DNA of 63,935 nt, filler included, from Bipalium vagum (lineage: Eukaryota), in assembly GCA_037834085.1 (NCBI GenBank). It is 3 parts of 3 records of this genome, joined end to end, with 100 filler letters (N's around TTAATTAATTAA, not from the genome) between each part and the next. Parts side by side here need not be neighbours in the genome. Positions count along the whole stretch, not along the records: positions 1 to 17,181 come from JBBMKC010075488.1; 2 more parts are not named here. One strand, 5' to 3'. The notes under the pieces were generated by a model, which was not told the DNA's origin, ran no database searches, and worked only from the letters and a program-made list of their open reading frames with translations. The position numbers were made by a program, and so were the translations under genes. Within the stretch, counting starts at the first letter, position 1. Every line of letters starts with the position of its first letter. This document shows positions 1 to 13,683 of this stretch, piece after piece.

Positions 1-299
1 AACAGTTAAATAAAACATTTTCTTTATTTTTGGTAATAAATTCTACATGGCTAACACTTTTGAGCATGAGTATATTTTGACTAAAATAATTTAAACTTTT
101 TATTTGTTTCATGCAAAAATTTATAACTATTAATATTATTAATATGCCACAGACAGTGAACGTGAGCATGTCAACAGTTAGTGTAGCAACAAGGCAGAGT
201 ATATGGTGCAGATCTCATGCCTTCCAGCAGTTAAGTATATAATAATGTATAAGGTATGCGTTTTAATTAATGACAAAATATGATAGTACTGAACTTTTA

Positions 300-700
300 A
301 AGTTCATCCGTTCTCAAAATGCCATACTGAAGATGGCTTTGAGATCATTTATCAATAAGGTAGCCGGGGAGAAAAAGTATTTATTCTATGGTTTGGTTCA
401 GTAAACAAGAAGCAATCAGACATGTTTATATGAGAATCTAATCAACCATTGGTCATCCGTTTTGTTTAATCATCTCTAATCCCCTCAATTGTTATCTTTG
501 GGCCGTAGTTGAGACACAGATCAGTGCAACAACTTACTTCATTACATGATCCTATCAAAAAGGTAATGCCACATTTTATTCTGGAAACGGTAGTACGAAC
601 ATGTAGCAGGTTTCAGTTCAGACTAGAAACGATTGTGGAGGATATTGGAGATCACATAGAATAATTTTATTGTCTACACGTTCCTATTTTTAAATCCATA
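300..700 (+). mobile_element. Decayed Tc1/mariner-superfamily transposase C-terminus
   Basis: Translates to NPLNCYLWAVVE...VVRTCSRFQFRLETIVEDIGDHIE-stop, resembling the NPLD.YVW ... C.RF..RLEAV...GG.IE tail of Tc1/DD37D transposases; frameshifted; boundaries approximate. Confidence 0.6.
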
Positions 701-952
701 GATCAAAATTTTCCGGGCGGTTACATGCGTTAGGGAATATTCAAAATGAGGGAAATGGGTCCCTCATAATCTCTGTGAAAGTGCTATACCCACATCTTTC
801 TTTTTCTTGCCAGAAAGAGAAAAAGTTTTCGTATCGATTTGTTACGAAGATGAGAAATGAATTTATTTCCATAGTCCTAAAATCTCACCTTGATAATAAA
901 ATGTTTTTGAAACTTCAGATAATGAAATAATATTAACTTTATCTTCTTTCAG

Positions 953-3900
953 GTGATTTGAGAGATCCTCAAAAAGATATTCCTCGATTCACCATCGCAG
1001 CTCAATTGACGACCTCATTCGTGTATCTTTCATTTGTTGTCATATTTGCTGGAACAATTCGAAGGGAAGTGTTACTAGACAAATACGGCGTCAGTATGGG
1101 AGGAGGAATGATTGTAGCTGAGCTTTGCTGGCCTCATCGGTGGGTACTGTTGATTGGATCACTGACTTCAACATTTGGAGCCGGTCTACAATGCTTATGC
1201 AGTAAGAAATGTTTAATTAATGTGTTAAGAAGCCGTAAAAATACAAAACTAAGCCTATGTAAACACATTGTTTCATCTTTCTGGGACTTTTCCACAAAAA
1301 ATTGAAGAAATGGAGAATAATTGTAGGTAAGCGTCCTAATATATTATGAATGATCAGCGATAAGAGAAGATCAGAGGGAAAATGGTGAAGGTAGCTGTGA
1401 AATTTTTATCACAAGGTAGTCACTTTTTTATCTAGTTGTAACCGATAATATTAAATGATCGGGGTTTTGGAACAGGAACAAAAACGAAGAAATGCACACG
1501 GAAAGAAATTTATTGTAGAAATAAAAAGGATTTGTCAGAAAGCCAGTGGTAATCGTTGGTAATTGTAAATGGTAACCGATCAAAATACCAGGAGACAATG
1601 ATATAGCTTGGACAGGGTTAAAGTATTTGCAACACGATAACTCAAAACCGCATGTTGTAATAAGAATAAAAACCTTGCTCTAAAGGCTTACTCATTCTCG
1701 TTAGTCACCGGTCATTGAATCATGTGACTTCTACCTGTTTCGATGTCGTCTTGCGACTTTCGCTTCTTACCAAGAAAATATATTGAATCGATCAATCAAT
1801 TTCTTCAAGAACTCAATTTTTTAAAGCAATTTCCAGACGGTTACATGTGCTAGGAAATATTCAAAATGAGGGGAAATGGGTCTGTAAGTACTATCCGTAA
1901 TCGTTTAAGTATAGCCGTATCTTTAGAGTAAAAGATAGAGTAAAAAGAGTTTGTGCGAATTGTTACGGGATATTAAATAAAATATTAGATGATGAATTGA
2001 TTAAAGCAAGACCTACAATACCAACAATTGAAGCTTAGTAATCCTTTTGTACATCTTTCTTCAATTGTCAAGCAAACACAGTTAGATCTGTATTTTGAAA
2101 TCCTTCCGCACCCAGCTACTCTCCAGAATTAGCCCCAACAGATTTTCATTTATTCAGTTCAAAGGATAATTAAATTTTTTTAATCAATAACAAATGATTG
2201 CTTCATAAAATCTTTACTAGACACTTTCTATTGTTAGGTGCTCCACGGTTGTTGCAGTCCATAGCCAAAGACGACGTTGTACCGTTTTTGAGGATTTTCA
2301 CTCCCGTCACTCGCTTTGGTGAGCCGTTCAGAGCATTACTGATCTCATATTTTTTTGCCGAATGCTCTATTTTGTTGGGAAATCTCGATTACATTGCACC
2401 GTTGGTTGATATGTTCTTTCTTATGCTTTACGCCTTTGTAAATTTTTCTTGTGCTCTTCAAAACATACTTAATGCTCCCAGTTGGCGCCCCAGGTTCAAA
2501 TATTATCACTGGTAAGTTCACTTTCATTGCTTCAGCTTTTAAAATGACTTTTCATCTTAAAATCCATGTACTTTTAATTGTTCATTTTAAAATTAAATTA
2601 ATTGGAAGATGCAAATCAAAATTTATTGTTATTGATTTATTATTACTTAATTATATTATTAATTTATTAAACAACCAGATAATCATTATTTTCGATAATC
2701 GATTGATAATAATTTTCAATATCTTTAAAAACTGAAAATCTTTTCCATTCAAAAATATCCAACTGACGACGCTGATTATTGGATCTCTTGGGACTATACG
2801 TGCTGATGCCATAGACATACTAATCAATATTGGAATTCCAAAGAGGAAATCAAGTGCACTCCTAAAGTTATATGCAGTATCAAATTTTTAGCAATTGGCA
2901 AAGAATTGGAACTTTCATGCTAGTGGATATTTGGTCAATTTTATATAGATTAAAGAAAATCAATGTTTCCGCAGAATGAAATTTTTCTAAAATCCATGCT
3001 GATTGAATACGTCTATGTCACTTGTGCTTGTTTATTTAATTATGAGTCTTGTGTACGTCAAATTTGTTTTATAAATAAAATTTTATCGTTAAATTATTTT
3101 TTATCTTAAAATTCATTTACTTTTAATTGCTCATTTTAAAATTAAACTGATTCGTAGTGCAAATCAAAATTTATTGAATAATTTAGTATTATTGATTTAT
3201 TATTACTAAATTTAATATTTTTATAAGCTACAAGAGTCATTTTTTATAGATCAATATTAAATTGTAAAGAGAAATGTAATCATTAATGCTTATTTCTGCC
3301 ATAGTTGAGGTGTACCAAAATATTATAACAAGATATTTATTCCATTTTTCTACAGAACATTGATATATTTTCAACATTTCTGATATCTTCCATATTTGTT
3401 CTTCATCATCTCTCTCTGATTGACGACCAATAACGCTCCATCATCGCCATGTATGATCTGAATATTGGCCAGTAAAATTGTCTGCTTTAAAACTTGAAAA
3501 CGCTTTTAACTGGGTCGATTGGTAATGGCATCTTTACCGAAAACTGAATAAATTTTATTTGGATTGGTAATCATGTTCCTTTTGCAAAATAAGTAATAAT
3601 ATAACGAATATATTCTCTTTACCATGGGAAATTGTGGATTTTATTGACAAAATAACAAAAATCCGCGGATATTTCAGAATGTGATACAATTCGTCATTAT
3701 TAAAACAAAATTACCTTGCAAAAAAATTAATGATTTTTTCTTAATAATAATCAATTCAAAATATAAATCGAATTTAAAGAACCAAGCACAGTTTCTTTCA
3801 AAACAATAAGTTACAATAATGTTCTTCCAAATTTTTATATTTAATAAATATTTTTATTTATATTTAATATATTATTTTTTATTTAATGTACTTTTCTAAA

Positions 3901-5704
3901 AATGCAAGTGGTTTGCAATAAAATATATTTATTTTAGATAAATTTTTATTTTTATTTTTATAGACTTAATTTTAGTTTTTTTTTAAATTGACAAGTAATA
4001 TTAATTTTATTAATTATTATATTATATAACAGTTTATCGTAGTGTATCATAGTTTGAACAATATATTTTTGAATGCATTTTAAAACAATAATACTTAAAC
4101 AAATTTTCCATTCTTAATAAATTAATATATTGCGCCATTAAAATTTAAAATAAAAATTATTTTAAAATAAATATTAAATTAAATTTACAATTAATTAAAA
4201 ATATAAAATAGGCACAATATAAAAATTAGAAATCAGTTTCAATACTCACATTATTAATTGATTATTTTATTTTAAAAAATTCACAGCACATTTAATATAA
4301 TTTTTTGAATTCTTTATCAATATTAATAAATAAATTTGAAGTATATATAATAATAAATAATAATAATAAAAAATAATAATTGTGTCACTCGAATTATTAA
4401 AAATTATCAAATCATGTATTCATCATTGATAAATTTGCTATTGAATTGAAAAAGATTATGAAAAAATTGTCTTGTGTAATTTAACAGAACTTCTTATAAA
4501 ACAAAAGGTCCCGGAAACTCATTTCATTTTGAATGGTTCTACGAAACTATTGAATTGAGTAAATGTGAGATAAACACAAAAAATGAAAACTATCACCAAA
4601 ATTCGTCAAGATTAACCATTAGACATCTGAAACATCCGTACTGACACAGTTATTATAATAACAAAACTAAGGGTTGTTCTACTTTTAAGAGATTGGAAAA
4701 ACCTCATTTTGAAGTAAAATAAACCCAGATTGTCCGTTTCCAAGAAATTCATTCAAGTTAAGTCTTTATTCACAATCTCGAGATAATTAGGGTTTAGTGT
4801 GAACTAAAGGGGTACCAAAAATTTGCTTAAGATTAGTCAATGCATAAATTACAAAAATATTATAAAAATGACAAAGAATTAATTAAATTAATATCTGGCA
4901 AATTATTCAACACTTGGTTGCATGGTAATGCTTCCAATATTTACAAAATATCACTCAAGACAACAAACTTTATTAGTCGCACACAACAAGTATTTACTTT
5001 TGATTTGATACTTCGCAAAATGAAAATTATCAGTTATCGCTTTCACGAACATATGCTATCCACTCGGTACTATTATTGAATAACAAGAGTAGTATGGCAA
5101 AAATTAAGCTTTGATAATAAATATAAAATCTTATCGATCTTCTTGAAGATAAATAAAAAATTTAAAATAAAGCACAGAAAATAAATGAAAAACTTGACAC
5201 ACAAAAATGAAAGCTCTCATCAACTGTCGGTTTCAGCTGGATTCATTTGACAATTTTTCCCGGGAACTTGTCAGCTGTCTGTCAGATGTTAATACGATTC
5301 AACACCCGAGGATGATCCTTGAAATAACTGTCATGGCATCTGTGTTCGTTAAGAGTAATAATTTCATCAATATTCACCTTGGCAAGACAATAGACGTTGT
5401 TAAGACACTTTCCACAAGCAATTCGCAATACATCATCAAAGCTCTGAAATCTACGAAACCTTCCCAATTCTCAATTAAACTCTCAAATATATCAAAAAAT
5501 ATATTAATTTCTTAACAGTGCTAACAATTACCGAAAAAACGATTTTCTTCGACGTAACTTCTTGTTATATCTGACAAGGAGTTCTTGGTCTTTGAACAAA
5601 TTCATGATATCGGGCTCTATTACCCCTATTTCTGTCGACCCACTCACTACGGTCCCTCAATTAGGAATATTATCCAAAATAATTGCTCAATCATCGTATA
5701 CACC

Positions 5705-5758
<54 letters not shown>

Positions 5759-8700
5759 TCTTTTTATATATGGAGAACATGGATTGTCTTTTATCCATTG
5801 AGTATTATCTTTCAAACTCCAATCTGTGCTAAAACATAATTTCAGGGCCCTTTCTCTCTTCGGAGCAGCTCTCAGTCTTTTCATTATGTTTGCTACATAC
5901 TGGTATTATTCTATTGTCACGGTTGTCTTGTGCTTGGCCATTTACAAATACGTTGAATACAACGGAGCCGAAAAAGAGTGGGGAGATGGAATTCGTGGCT
6001 TGAAACTGGCCGGGGCTAAATACTCTCTATTGAACATAGAAGAAAATATGCACATAAAAAACTGGAGGTAACGTCGTCATTATTACCGATTGCCTTTTCA
6101 CAGTAATGGAAACAGGCCGCAAATATTGATTCTATGCAAGATGGACGAGGAGTTAAATATAAAATATCCTAAATTAATTTCCTTTGCTGGACAGCTTAAA
6201 GGTGGTCGTGGTTTGGTGATTCTGGCAAGTATTATTAAAGGAGAGTACTCGGACAGAAAAGTTCTGGAAAAGTCCTTGATAGTTAAACAAGTTCAATTTT
6301 CTAATTAAAAAATAGTGATAATTCGATCAAAAATTTTCAGAAACTAAAGGACTGCATGAAGAACACAAAGGTAAAAGGATTCGTTCAAACAATTGTGTGC
6401 AATGATGTCAAAGAGGGAATAAGTACGCTGATTCAATCCATTGGGTTGGGAGCATTGAAACCAAATACCGTCATGGTTGGATGGCCTAACATATTAAAAG
6501 AGAATCTAGCAGATGACAGTCCGGAAATGGACTTTCTCGGTAATCTTTGATTTGTTACTTTATTTATACCAATATAATTAGTTATACTAAAGTAATCAAC
6601 TTATTATTTTTATTTCACAATACGTCAATATTCGATGAACAAGTAGTGGGAGTGAAAAAAATAAATTTCCAAATGATTATTGAAAAAAATAAAATCAACT
6701 CATCAATAACATCAATTACTTGTCATTATTATTTCTCAAAAACCTTCCTCGTTGTTCATGACTCACTAATCGCCGTTGACCACTTTATGAAAAAATCTGC
6801 ATTAAGGGCACCGATTGGTTGATGCATTGAAAAAACTTCAAATGATATTTTTAAATTCATAGTTTAAATTCAATTCTAAAAATAGTAACACGTGACATTG
6901 TTTAAATCTGAAGTTATACCAAATGAGTTTTTAAATTTTTAATATTTGGAAAATACTAACCAAAAACTAAACTCAATTTTACTCCATAGATGGATGGGAA
7001 GCAACGCTACTTAATAAACCTGTAAAAAGGTTTTCTGAGGTTACATTCATCAATATTAAACAACCTCGAAATCAAAGCAAGTAAAAAACTCATTAATTTC
7101 TGCAGCCTATGTTGCTCAGAATAAAAATTTTAAAAAATTTACTATTATTATCATTATTATTATTATTAGAAATAGAATTTTTTAAAGTTAAATAGAAAAA
7201 GTCTCCTTTTACCAAAATATAAACTAAGATTTAAAATGATATTTCGTAACAAATCTAGAATAAGTAAAAGTTTCAAGAAATCAATATTTTAGAAAAAATA
7301 AATTATTATAAACATGTCCATCTTTTCCTGTATTGCAATAAAATCGAAGATTTTAAGCATATTTAATAATCAAACCTTAAGATTTACAATTTATTTATTT
7401 GGTATAATTGAAAAATGCAATTATTTAATTATTGATTTAATTAATATCATTATTGTGATATAACATTAAAAACGAAAGATTTTACTTATTTATTAAATAA
7501 TTATTTTAATTTTTATATTAATTTAAATTTTATATATATTTAAATTTTGATTCCTATGTCTGATCAAACTTTATATAAAGATAAAGTTAACCAAATTGAT
7601 TTATTTTTATGAAACAAAGTTTATTCATTTCATACATTTATGAGAAAACAATTAAAACAAGATTTTAATGAAACTTTATAATAAATGAAAAAAGGGTTAT
7701 AAGTGTCAATTTTAGTGAATATTCGATAAACTTAATTAATTCCAATTTCAAAAATAAAATAATAAATACAAGTTTTGAATATGAAAAATCTTTAGATAAA
7801 AAATTATAATAATTTTACGAACATTTATTATATGAAACTCTAAAATTTTCGTATCGTTTCGGTTTTTGTTAGTCATTCTAATTCACTGCCGGATGAAAAA
7901 TAAATAAATGGAAATGATGGAAAATAAATAATTTGACATTAAAATTTATTCAATAACAGAAATATTAATATTAATTAATATTTCATTGATTTTTCTTAAC
8001 ATAATATTATTATTTTTTTTATAAACTTTTCCCATCATTTTTTATTAAGCTTTAAAATTTAATAAATTAATATAATAACTTGTATTTGTTTATTCTGTTT
8101 TATTTTAAGTTTGTAATTATTACGGTATAGATCTCCCCCGTTCGATAATTAAAACATCAATATATATAATTTGAAAGAGAATAAAATTCTTATTATGAGA
8201 GTGAACATTTTTGGCTATGGTATAGTATCTCTCCCGTTTTTTGATTGGCTCGAAACAGTGGACTAATAAAAATTAAGATTAATAATCAATACACAATCAG
8301 ATTATGGTTAGGGACAAATTTAATAATTATTATTTAATTTTAAAAAGGGATAGGAATAAAAATTTTGAGAATAAATTTAAAATTATTCTTTCAATTAGGG
8401 TTAGGGTAACAGCGAAAAATTTTTCTTAAATATATATTAGAATTAGTGTTAAGGATTGATTTACGGTTAATAACTTTTAAATTTCGTTTTAAGTGTAGAT
8501 TTTTAAAATGTCTTTGTTTATATATGGTTTAAGTATATTATTTTATTAGGTTTATTATTCTATTATTTATTATTTCAAAACTTTTCAAGTTTTTTTGGTT
8601 GTATTTGTTTTTAATGTTTATTTATTGAGTTAATCCTAAAAAAGTATCAGTTTCGTAATAAAAATTTTGTTCTCTTTCAGATGATATATTGGTAATTAAA

Positions 8701-11700
8701 TTATCAAACGGGGAAGATACTATTTCTAATAATACTCTTAAGAATTTGAATTAATTCTCAGAACCATAATTTGATTGTGGCGAACCAATAAAAAAACAGG
8801 GGAGATACCATACCATGGCCATTTCAATTGACTTAGAGGGGTCACAAAATTTATTTATCATCTTCTAAAATCGAAATTTATCATTTGATTAAGCTATTGA
8901 TTTCCAAACAAATATTGACTCAAAAATTGTATTTAATTTTGTAATAATAATAAAGATATCAGTTAGATTTAATTTTAAATTAATTTCCAACAAAGATAGT
9001 GAAGCATTTAACATAATTTTTCTGATCCAGATGCTCTTCATCGGGTGGTGTCGGCCGAAATATGCTTACTTATCCCTAAAGGTCTTAACCAATATCCGAC
9101 CACAACTTGCAAAGGTACAATTGATATTTGGTGGATCATGCAAGACGGTGGTCTTCTGATGATGCTTCCTGTATTGCTGAAGAGGCACAAGATCTGGGAG
9201 CAGTGTGAAGTTCGAGTCTTTACAATTGCTACTCAATCGGACAACAGTATTTTGATGAAGGAGTCTTTGGTCAAATGGCTCTATGAGCTCAGAATAAAAG
9301 CATCGGTTAATTTTATCGGAAAATATTCCATTTTTTGCACATTATTATAATTATAATTTAACTAAAATTATTAATTATTTATCCTTTATTTAATGATTTA
9401 ATTATTTTATTTTTTAAAAATTTTAAACCAATATAAAAAAAATAAAAATAAAATCTTAAAAATAATCGATAAATAATAAAAATAAGTAATAATAATAATA
9501 AAAATAGTAATAATAATAAAAAAATAATAATAATAATAAAAAAATAATAAAAATAATATGAAAAATAATAATAAGAAAAAAAAATAAAATAAAAAATAAA
9601 TTTAAAAAAAATAAATAAATAAAATTAAAAATAATAATAATAATAATAGTGAGAGTTTTGAATGTAAAATTAAAATTCTAAAATAATTAGGAATTTATTA
9701 ATTAAAAAATAAAGTTATGAATTTTAAGATTAAAAGAATGAAAAATTGAAGGTGGCACTATCAACGATTCAACACAAAATTTATGTTTACTTTGGTCCTA
9801 GGAGGAATACACATTCCAATGTTCCAAAATATGCAAACACAAATAAAAATTTTTTTCTTTATCTTTCCGTCTTTCTTGAATGGAGCACAGCAGAAATAAC
9901 CTCCTTCTTATCCATCCACCAATGCTAGCACGAATTTCCTTTTGGGGGTAACAAGCAATACCTTGCATCGTAAGAGAAGAAGACGAAGTTTTAGCTGACA
10001 TTTCATTCCTTCTATATCTTTTCTCAAGCTGTGAAATGAACCCGTTTTCTGACGTAAATAAACTGAAAATGACAAAATAATTGGCTATTTTATTCAGTTA
10101 AGAGACCAAAAATGACTTTCGGTCGGTTTTCGGGACAAATTCTGAATGACCTTCTTTAGGTGCCCTCGGTAAGATATGACTGACCTCGATTCAGGGCGTT
10201 GGACATTCCCTACTTCCAAGAAAAACCAACATTAAAAGTATAATTGATAGAAAATTGCAATTAAATCGGACAAATGTGAAGAAATGAATGAAAAAAAAAT
10301 CACTTTTTATGATTTGTACTAAATAATAAGTATCAGGCCTACGAATTAAGAGTGATTTTAAAATAAAGTTTGTACTAATAAAAATAAATCATTTAGAATG
10401 GCAGGTGTCTGCAAAAGAAATGTCTGATCCAGAGATTTGAAGCAGGACTGCATCATGAACAAACTAAGAATGAAATAGTTACCATTTAAATGAGAAAAAA
10501 TCTGGGGTAATAGCATACTTTCAACTGCTATTAAACTAACAGTAAGTATTTCAGTTTTAGGTCGTTATATTTCCCCTCACTAATGGTCCGTGTTAATGAT
10601 GAAAGGAAAATAATCAGTTCAACAATAAAATAATGGCGTGCAAAATATTTCAAATGTTCCAATAAATACCAATTCCCGTTCTCTTGATAGACTGGATCAA
10701 TTATAACTCGTAATCAATGTCATACAATTGATTAATAAAAACACCAATAACATCTAAATGCACAAAAAAAATTCACCAATAAAAATGAGTTGATAGTTCT
10801 CCAAAATGAAATATGAATAAGAAATATCAAACAATTAAAAATAAAATGTAAATCGATCAGAAGAATAAGTATCAATAACAAAGGAACGAATCCTTTCCAG
10901 ATTAGGTCAATTCACTCAACCTTTGGATAGTTAGTGGACTCGTCAAAGACGACTGAACTCCAATAAAATTATTTCACTATTTTACGGACATGAAATACGT
11001 GGGGTGAGGAATACTTAGAGCATCGCAGTAGTGGTAGTAGTGAAGAACATCAAAGTACACATCCAGAAAATATTTTTCAACAAGACAATGCGAGACAGTA
11101 TATATCGCCAGTATATTACCAATGTTTTGACAAGAATCAGAATTTGAAACAATAACTTACGAATCGTAATCACCAAATTTAACTCCCATTGAACACGTGA
11201 GGAATACCGTGGGTTGTTAGTGGCGGTTTTCTCTTTGTACTCCTAAAACATTGGATGACTTAAAAATCAGATTCAACAAATAAAAAACGACGAAGAATCC
11301 AAGGTTATGTTAAAAGGTGCGGTGACATGATTCGCTATTAATGTTTCCACATGTTTTCTCCATGCATTTACTTATGTTACACAATTTGATCAAAATTTAT
11401 TTGTTCACCTTAATTTGTTATGGTGGGTTTTGAAATAAGATGAGTACACTGATAATTAAACCAGCAATAATAATAAATTATTATATAATAAAATAATAAT
11501 ATAAAATTAAACAAAAGAATATTATTATTTATTATTATACTAGTTTTATAATGAAAACCATATTCTGTTCCAGGTAGAAGTTGTTGAGCTGCCTGAGAGC
11601 GATGCAATCTCCGCATATTTGTATCACAAAACCTTGGCCATGGAAGAAAGGGTAAAGTTAATCGAGCAACTGAAACTTTCTTCCAAAGAAGCAGAAATTG

Positions 11701-13425
11701 AGGTAAGTCTCCCCAACCACATTTCCACGGAAACCGCTTAAAAACAATAACGTTTTAGCCTCAACACCGGATCGACAATCTTCGCAGACAAAGCATCATG
11801 GACTCCGGGTTGAGCTCAACATACAGAGATCCCAATTTGATTCAGTACACGTTTAGTCCGTCAGCGCTGATCCAAATGAAGAATGCCATGGAAATGACTG
11901 CTTCAAATAAAAAATCCAGTGAGACTTTATTTTATTATTTCTTCTTTTTGTACTAAATATTTTCTAATATTTTCTTTTTTTTACAATTTTTTTCTCTTAA
12001 GATTTTTTAAATTAATTTTATAATTTTTAAATAATTTTCTATTTTATTTGTTTTAACAAACTTAATTTTTTTCTCTTTTTTAAAATTATTTTTTCTTTCG
12101 TTTTTCTCCTTTTTTTAAATTTGAACGTATTTCTTTTTAACTTTTTATTTATTGTTAACTTTGTTAAATTTTTTTCTTTTTTATAAAAAAAATATTTAAT
12201 CCTCATTTTAATTTTAATTCATCTCAAATTTTTAATTATTATTTTAATTTGTTAAACTTAATTTCTTTTTAAATTTTCTTTTTAATTTTTATAATTTTTT
12301 AAAAAACATTATAAGAACGTGGTTAAAAAAGAATCATGTATAATGAGTGAAGAGTGGAAAGACTATTGTCAATTGGCTAGGGATAAAATTTTACTCATCG
12401 CACAGTCAATCAAAAACATAATTTTGTGAACAAAGATACCGCTGTCAATATCCGGCGCTTTGAATCTATCTGGGAAACATTAAAAAGCAAGAAAAAATAC
12501 TTGACAGGAATATAGGGAACGTTATTGAAGTGTTACCTGGCCGAGTTGACATGGAGACATAGTTTTCTTAAGAAAGATCCCAATACCGTATTTGATTTAT
12601 TAAATAAATTTTTTTAATAATTTGTTTTTATTATTTATTTAATTGTCTTTCTATTGGGTTTTATTCACTTTTTGATTTTTTGTAATATTTTTTGGATTGG
12701 AAAAAAACATGGTTAGTTGTGATGGGTTATACAACAAACATGAAAACCACAAATGGGTTAGAAAATAAACATGATTCTTTTTTTATAAAATTTTTTTCTT
12801 TTTTTAAATAAAAAAATATTTTATTATTTTTATTTTTTATGTTCTTTTTAATGTTTAGAAAATACATTTTTATCTCTAACAATAATTTCTTATATTTTTT
12901 TATAATTTGTAAAAAAGTTTTAAAATTTTTTTTAAAATGTTTTTATTTTTATTTTTAAAATTTTTATTTTTTTAATTTTTATTTTCTTAATTTTTATTTT
13001 TTTAAAAAATTAAGACATTTATTCATTTTATTTTATAAATTTATTTTAAATTCTTCTAAAGTTTTCTGCTTTTTAACCTTTTAAAAAAATTCTTTTCTTT
13101 TCTTGTTCAAATGGATTTGTTCAACCTTGTGTAAATATCCAAAACGAACGATTAAGAGAGATCCATTGAAATGTTATTAACCACAGAAATACTCGATCAG
13201 CAGCAGGAGGAGGCCAAGAAGATGCACAACGCCGTCGAACTCAATATTTTGATCAAGGAAAAGTCTTCCAATGCCGATCTGGTGATCCTTAATCTTCCGG
13301 GGCCTCCCAAGAACAAACAGTCTTTGCAAAGCTACATTAACTATTTAGACGTTCTATGTTTGGATCTGCCGCGTCTGTTTTTGGTCCGGGGAACGGGGAA
13401 GGAAGTTATCACGATTTATTCTTAG
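953..13425 (+). CDS. kcc: K-Cl cotransporter (SLC12A4-7/KCC family), 3' part; 5' exons lie upstream of the window. Exons approx. 953-1201, 2238-2511, 5846-6067, 6116-6290, 6341-6539, 9031-9305, 11574-11702, 11759-11918, 13187-13425
   Basis: Phase-compatible GT-AG junctions join SLC12/KCC motifs: [96 protein letters not shown], and the KCC C-terminus [14 protein letters not shown]-stop. Confidence 0.95.
1437..1845. mobile_element. Possible solo-LTR-like element in a KCC intron
   Basis: Bounded by perfect 8-bp inverted ends TGTAACCG...CGGTTACA (TG...CA); no target-site duplication; its right end plus flank (1838-1882) is repeated at 718-762. Confidence 0.3.
1890..2170 (+). mobile_element. mariner transposase remnant
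   Basis: [22 protein letters not shown] at about 2095-2160 matches the mariner YSPDLAPSDFHLF motif. Confidence 0.7.
2548..3210 (+). repeat. About 110-bp AT-rich direct repeat (2548-2660 and 3098-3210)
   Basis: Shared TCTTAAAAT.CAT.TACTTTTAATTG.TCATTTTAAAATTAAA...TGCAAATCAAAATTTATTG...TTATTGATTTATTATTACT. Confidence 0.7.
2760..3080 (+). mobile_element. 3' end of an RLE-type non-LTR retrotransposon (R2/R4/NeSL-like)
   Basis: [52 protein letters not shown] matches the I.GSLG...L..LGI...IW..H tail of restriction-like endonuclease domains, followed by AATAAA. Confidence 0.55.
4071..4250 (+). repeat. Dispersed ~190-bp repeat; second copy at about 31705-31900
   Basis: Near-identical TTTAAAACAATAATACTT.AACAAATTTTCCATTCTTAATAAATTAATATATTG.GCCATTAAA...ATTAGAAATCA.TTT.AAT(T)ACTCACA in both places. 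Confidence 0.75.
5707..5758. repeat. (AAT)n microsatellite; similar tracts at about 13580-13700, 33424-33495 and 47145-47230
   Basis: Direct inspection; these tracts create the poly-I and poly-Y spurious ORFs. Confidence 0.95.
8125..8820. mobile_element. Non-autonomous TIR (MITE-like) element(s) in a KCC intron
   Basis: GGCTATGGTATAGTATCTCTCCCGTTTTTTGATTGG (8213-) is the inverted copy of CCAATAAAAAAACAGGGGAGATACCATACCATGGCC (-8820); a second inverted pair is 8125-8200 / 8653-8725. Confidence 0.65.
10960..11340 (+). mobile_element. Tc1-like (DD34E) transposase remnant
   Basis: IFFQQDNAR at about 11070-11095 and [10 protein letters not shown] at about 11170-11200. Confidence 0.7.
12320..12600 (+). 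mobile_element. Merlin (ISXO2/IS1016-like) transposase remnant, C-terminal part
   Basis: [10 protein letters not shown]...[32 protein letters not shown] matches SD.W.AY..L...H.TVNH..NFV.P.TG.HTQ.IES.W. Confidence 0.7.
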
Positions 13426-13581
13426 TGTTATCCTTCCGAAAAGCTCTCTTTTATATTTAGCTTTCACGCTCAATCATTTGCTCAGTAGTTTTATTCGACA
13501 ATTTATTTAGAATATTACACATTGGACGTCGAAATTATTCTCTTTCCTTCGCTTTTATTACTAATGTTATTGTTATCATTA

Positions 13582-13621
<40 letters not shown>

Positions 13622-13652
13622 ACTTATTTTTATTATTTATCGATTATTATTA

Positions 13653-13683
<31 letters not shown>

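Noticed and set aside
4400-5650. ORF fragments in the large KCC intron, possibly a Mutator-like transposase
   Set aside because: Only a weak W...TTN-like hint; not enough to assign
8396-8407. TTAGGGTTAGGG telomere-like repeat
   Set aside because: Only two units, inside a MITE-like element
10420-10450. tRNA B-box-like GTCCTGCTTCAAATCTCTGG on the minus strand
   Set aside because: No cloverleaf or A box; at most a SINE scrap
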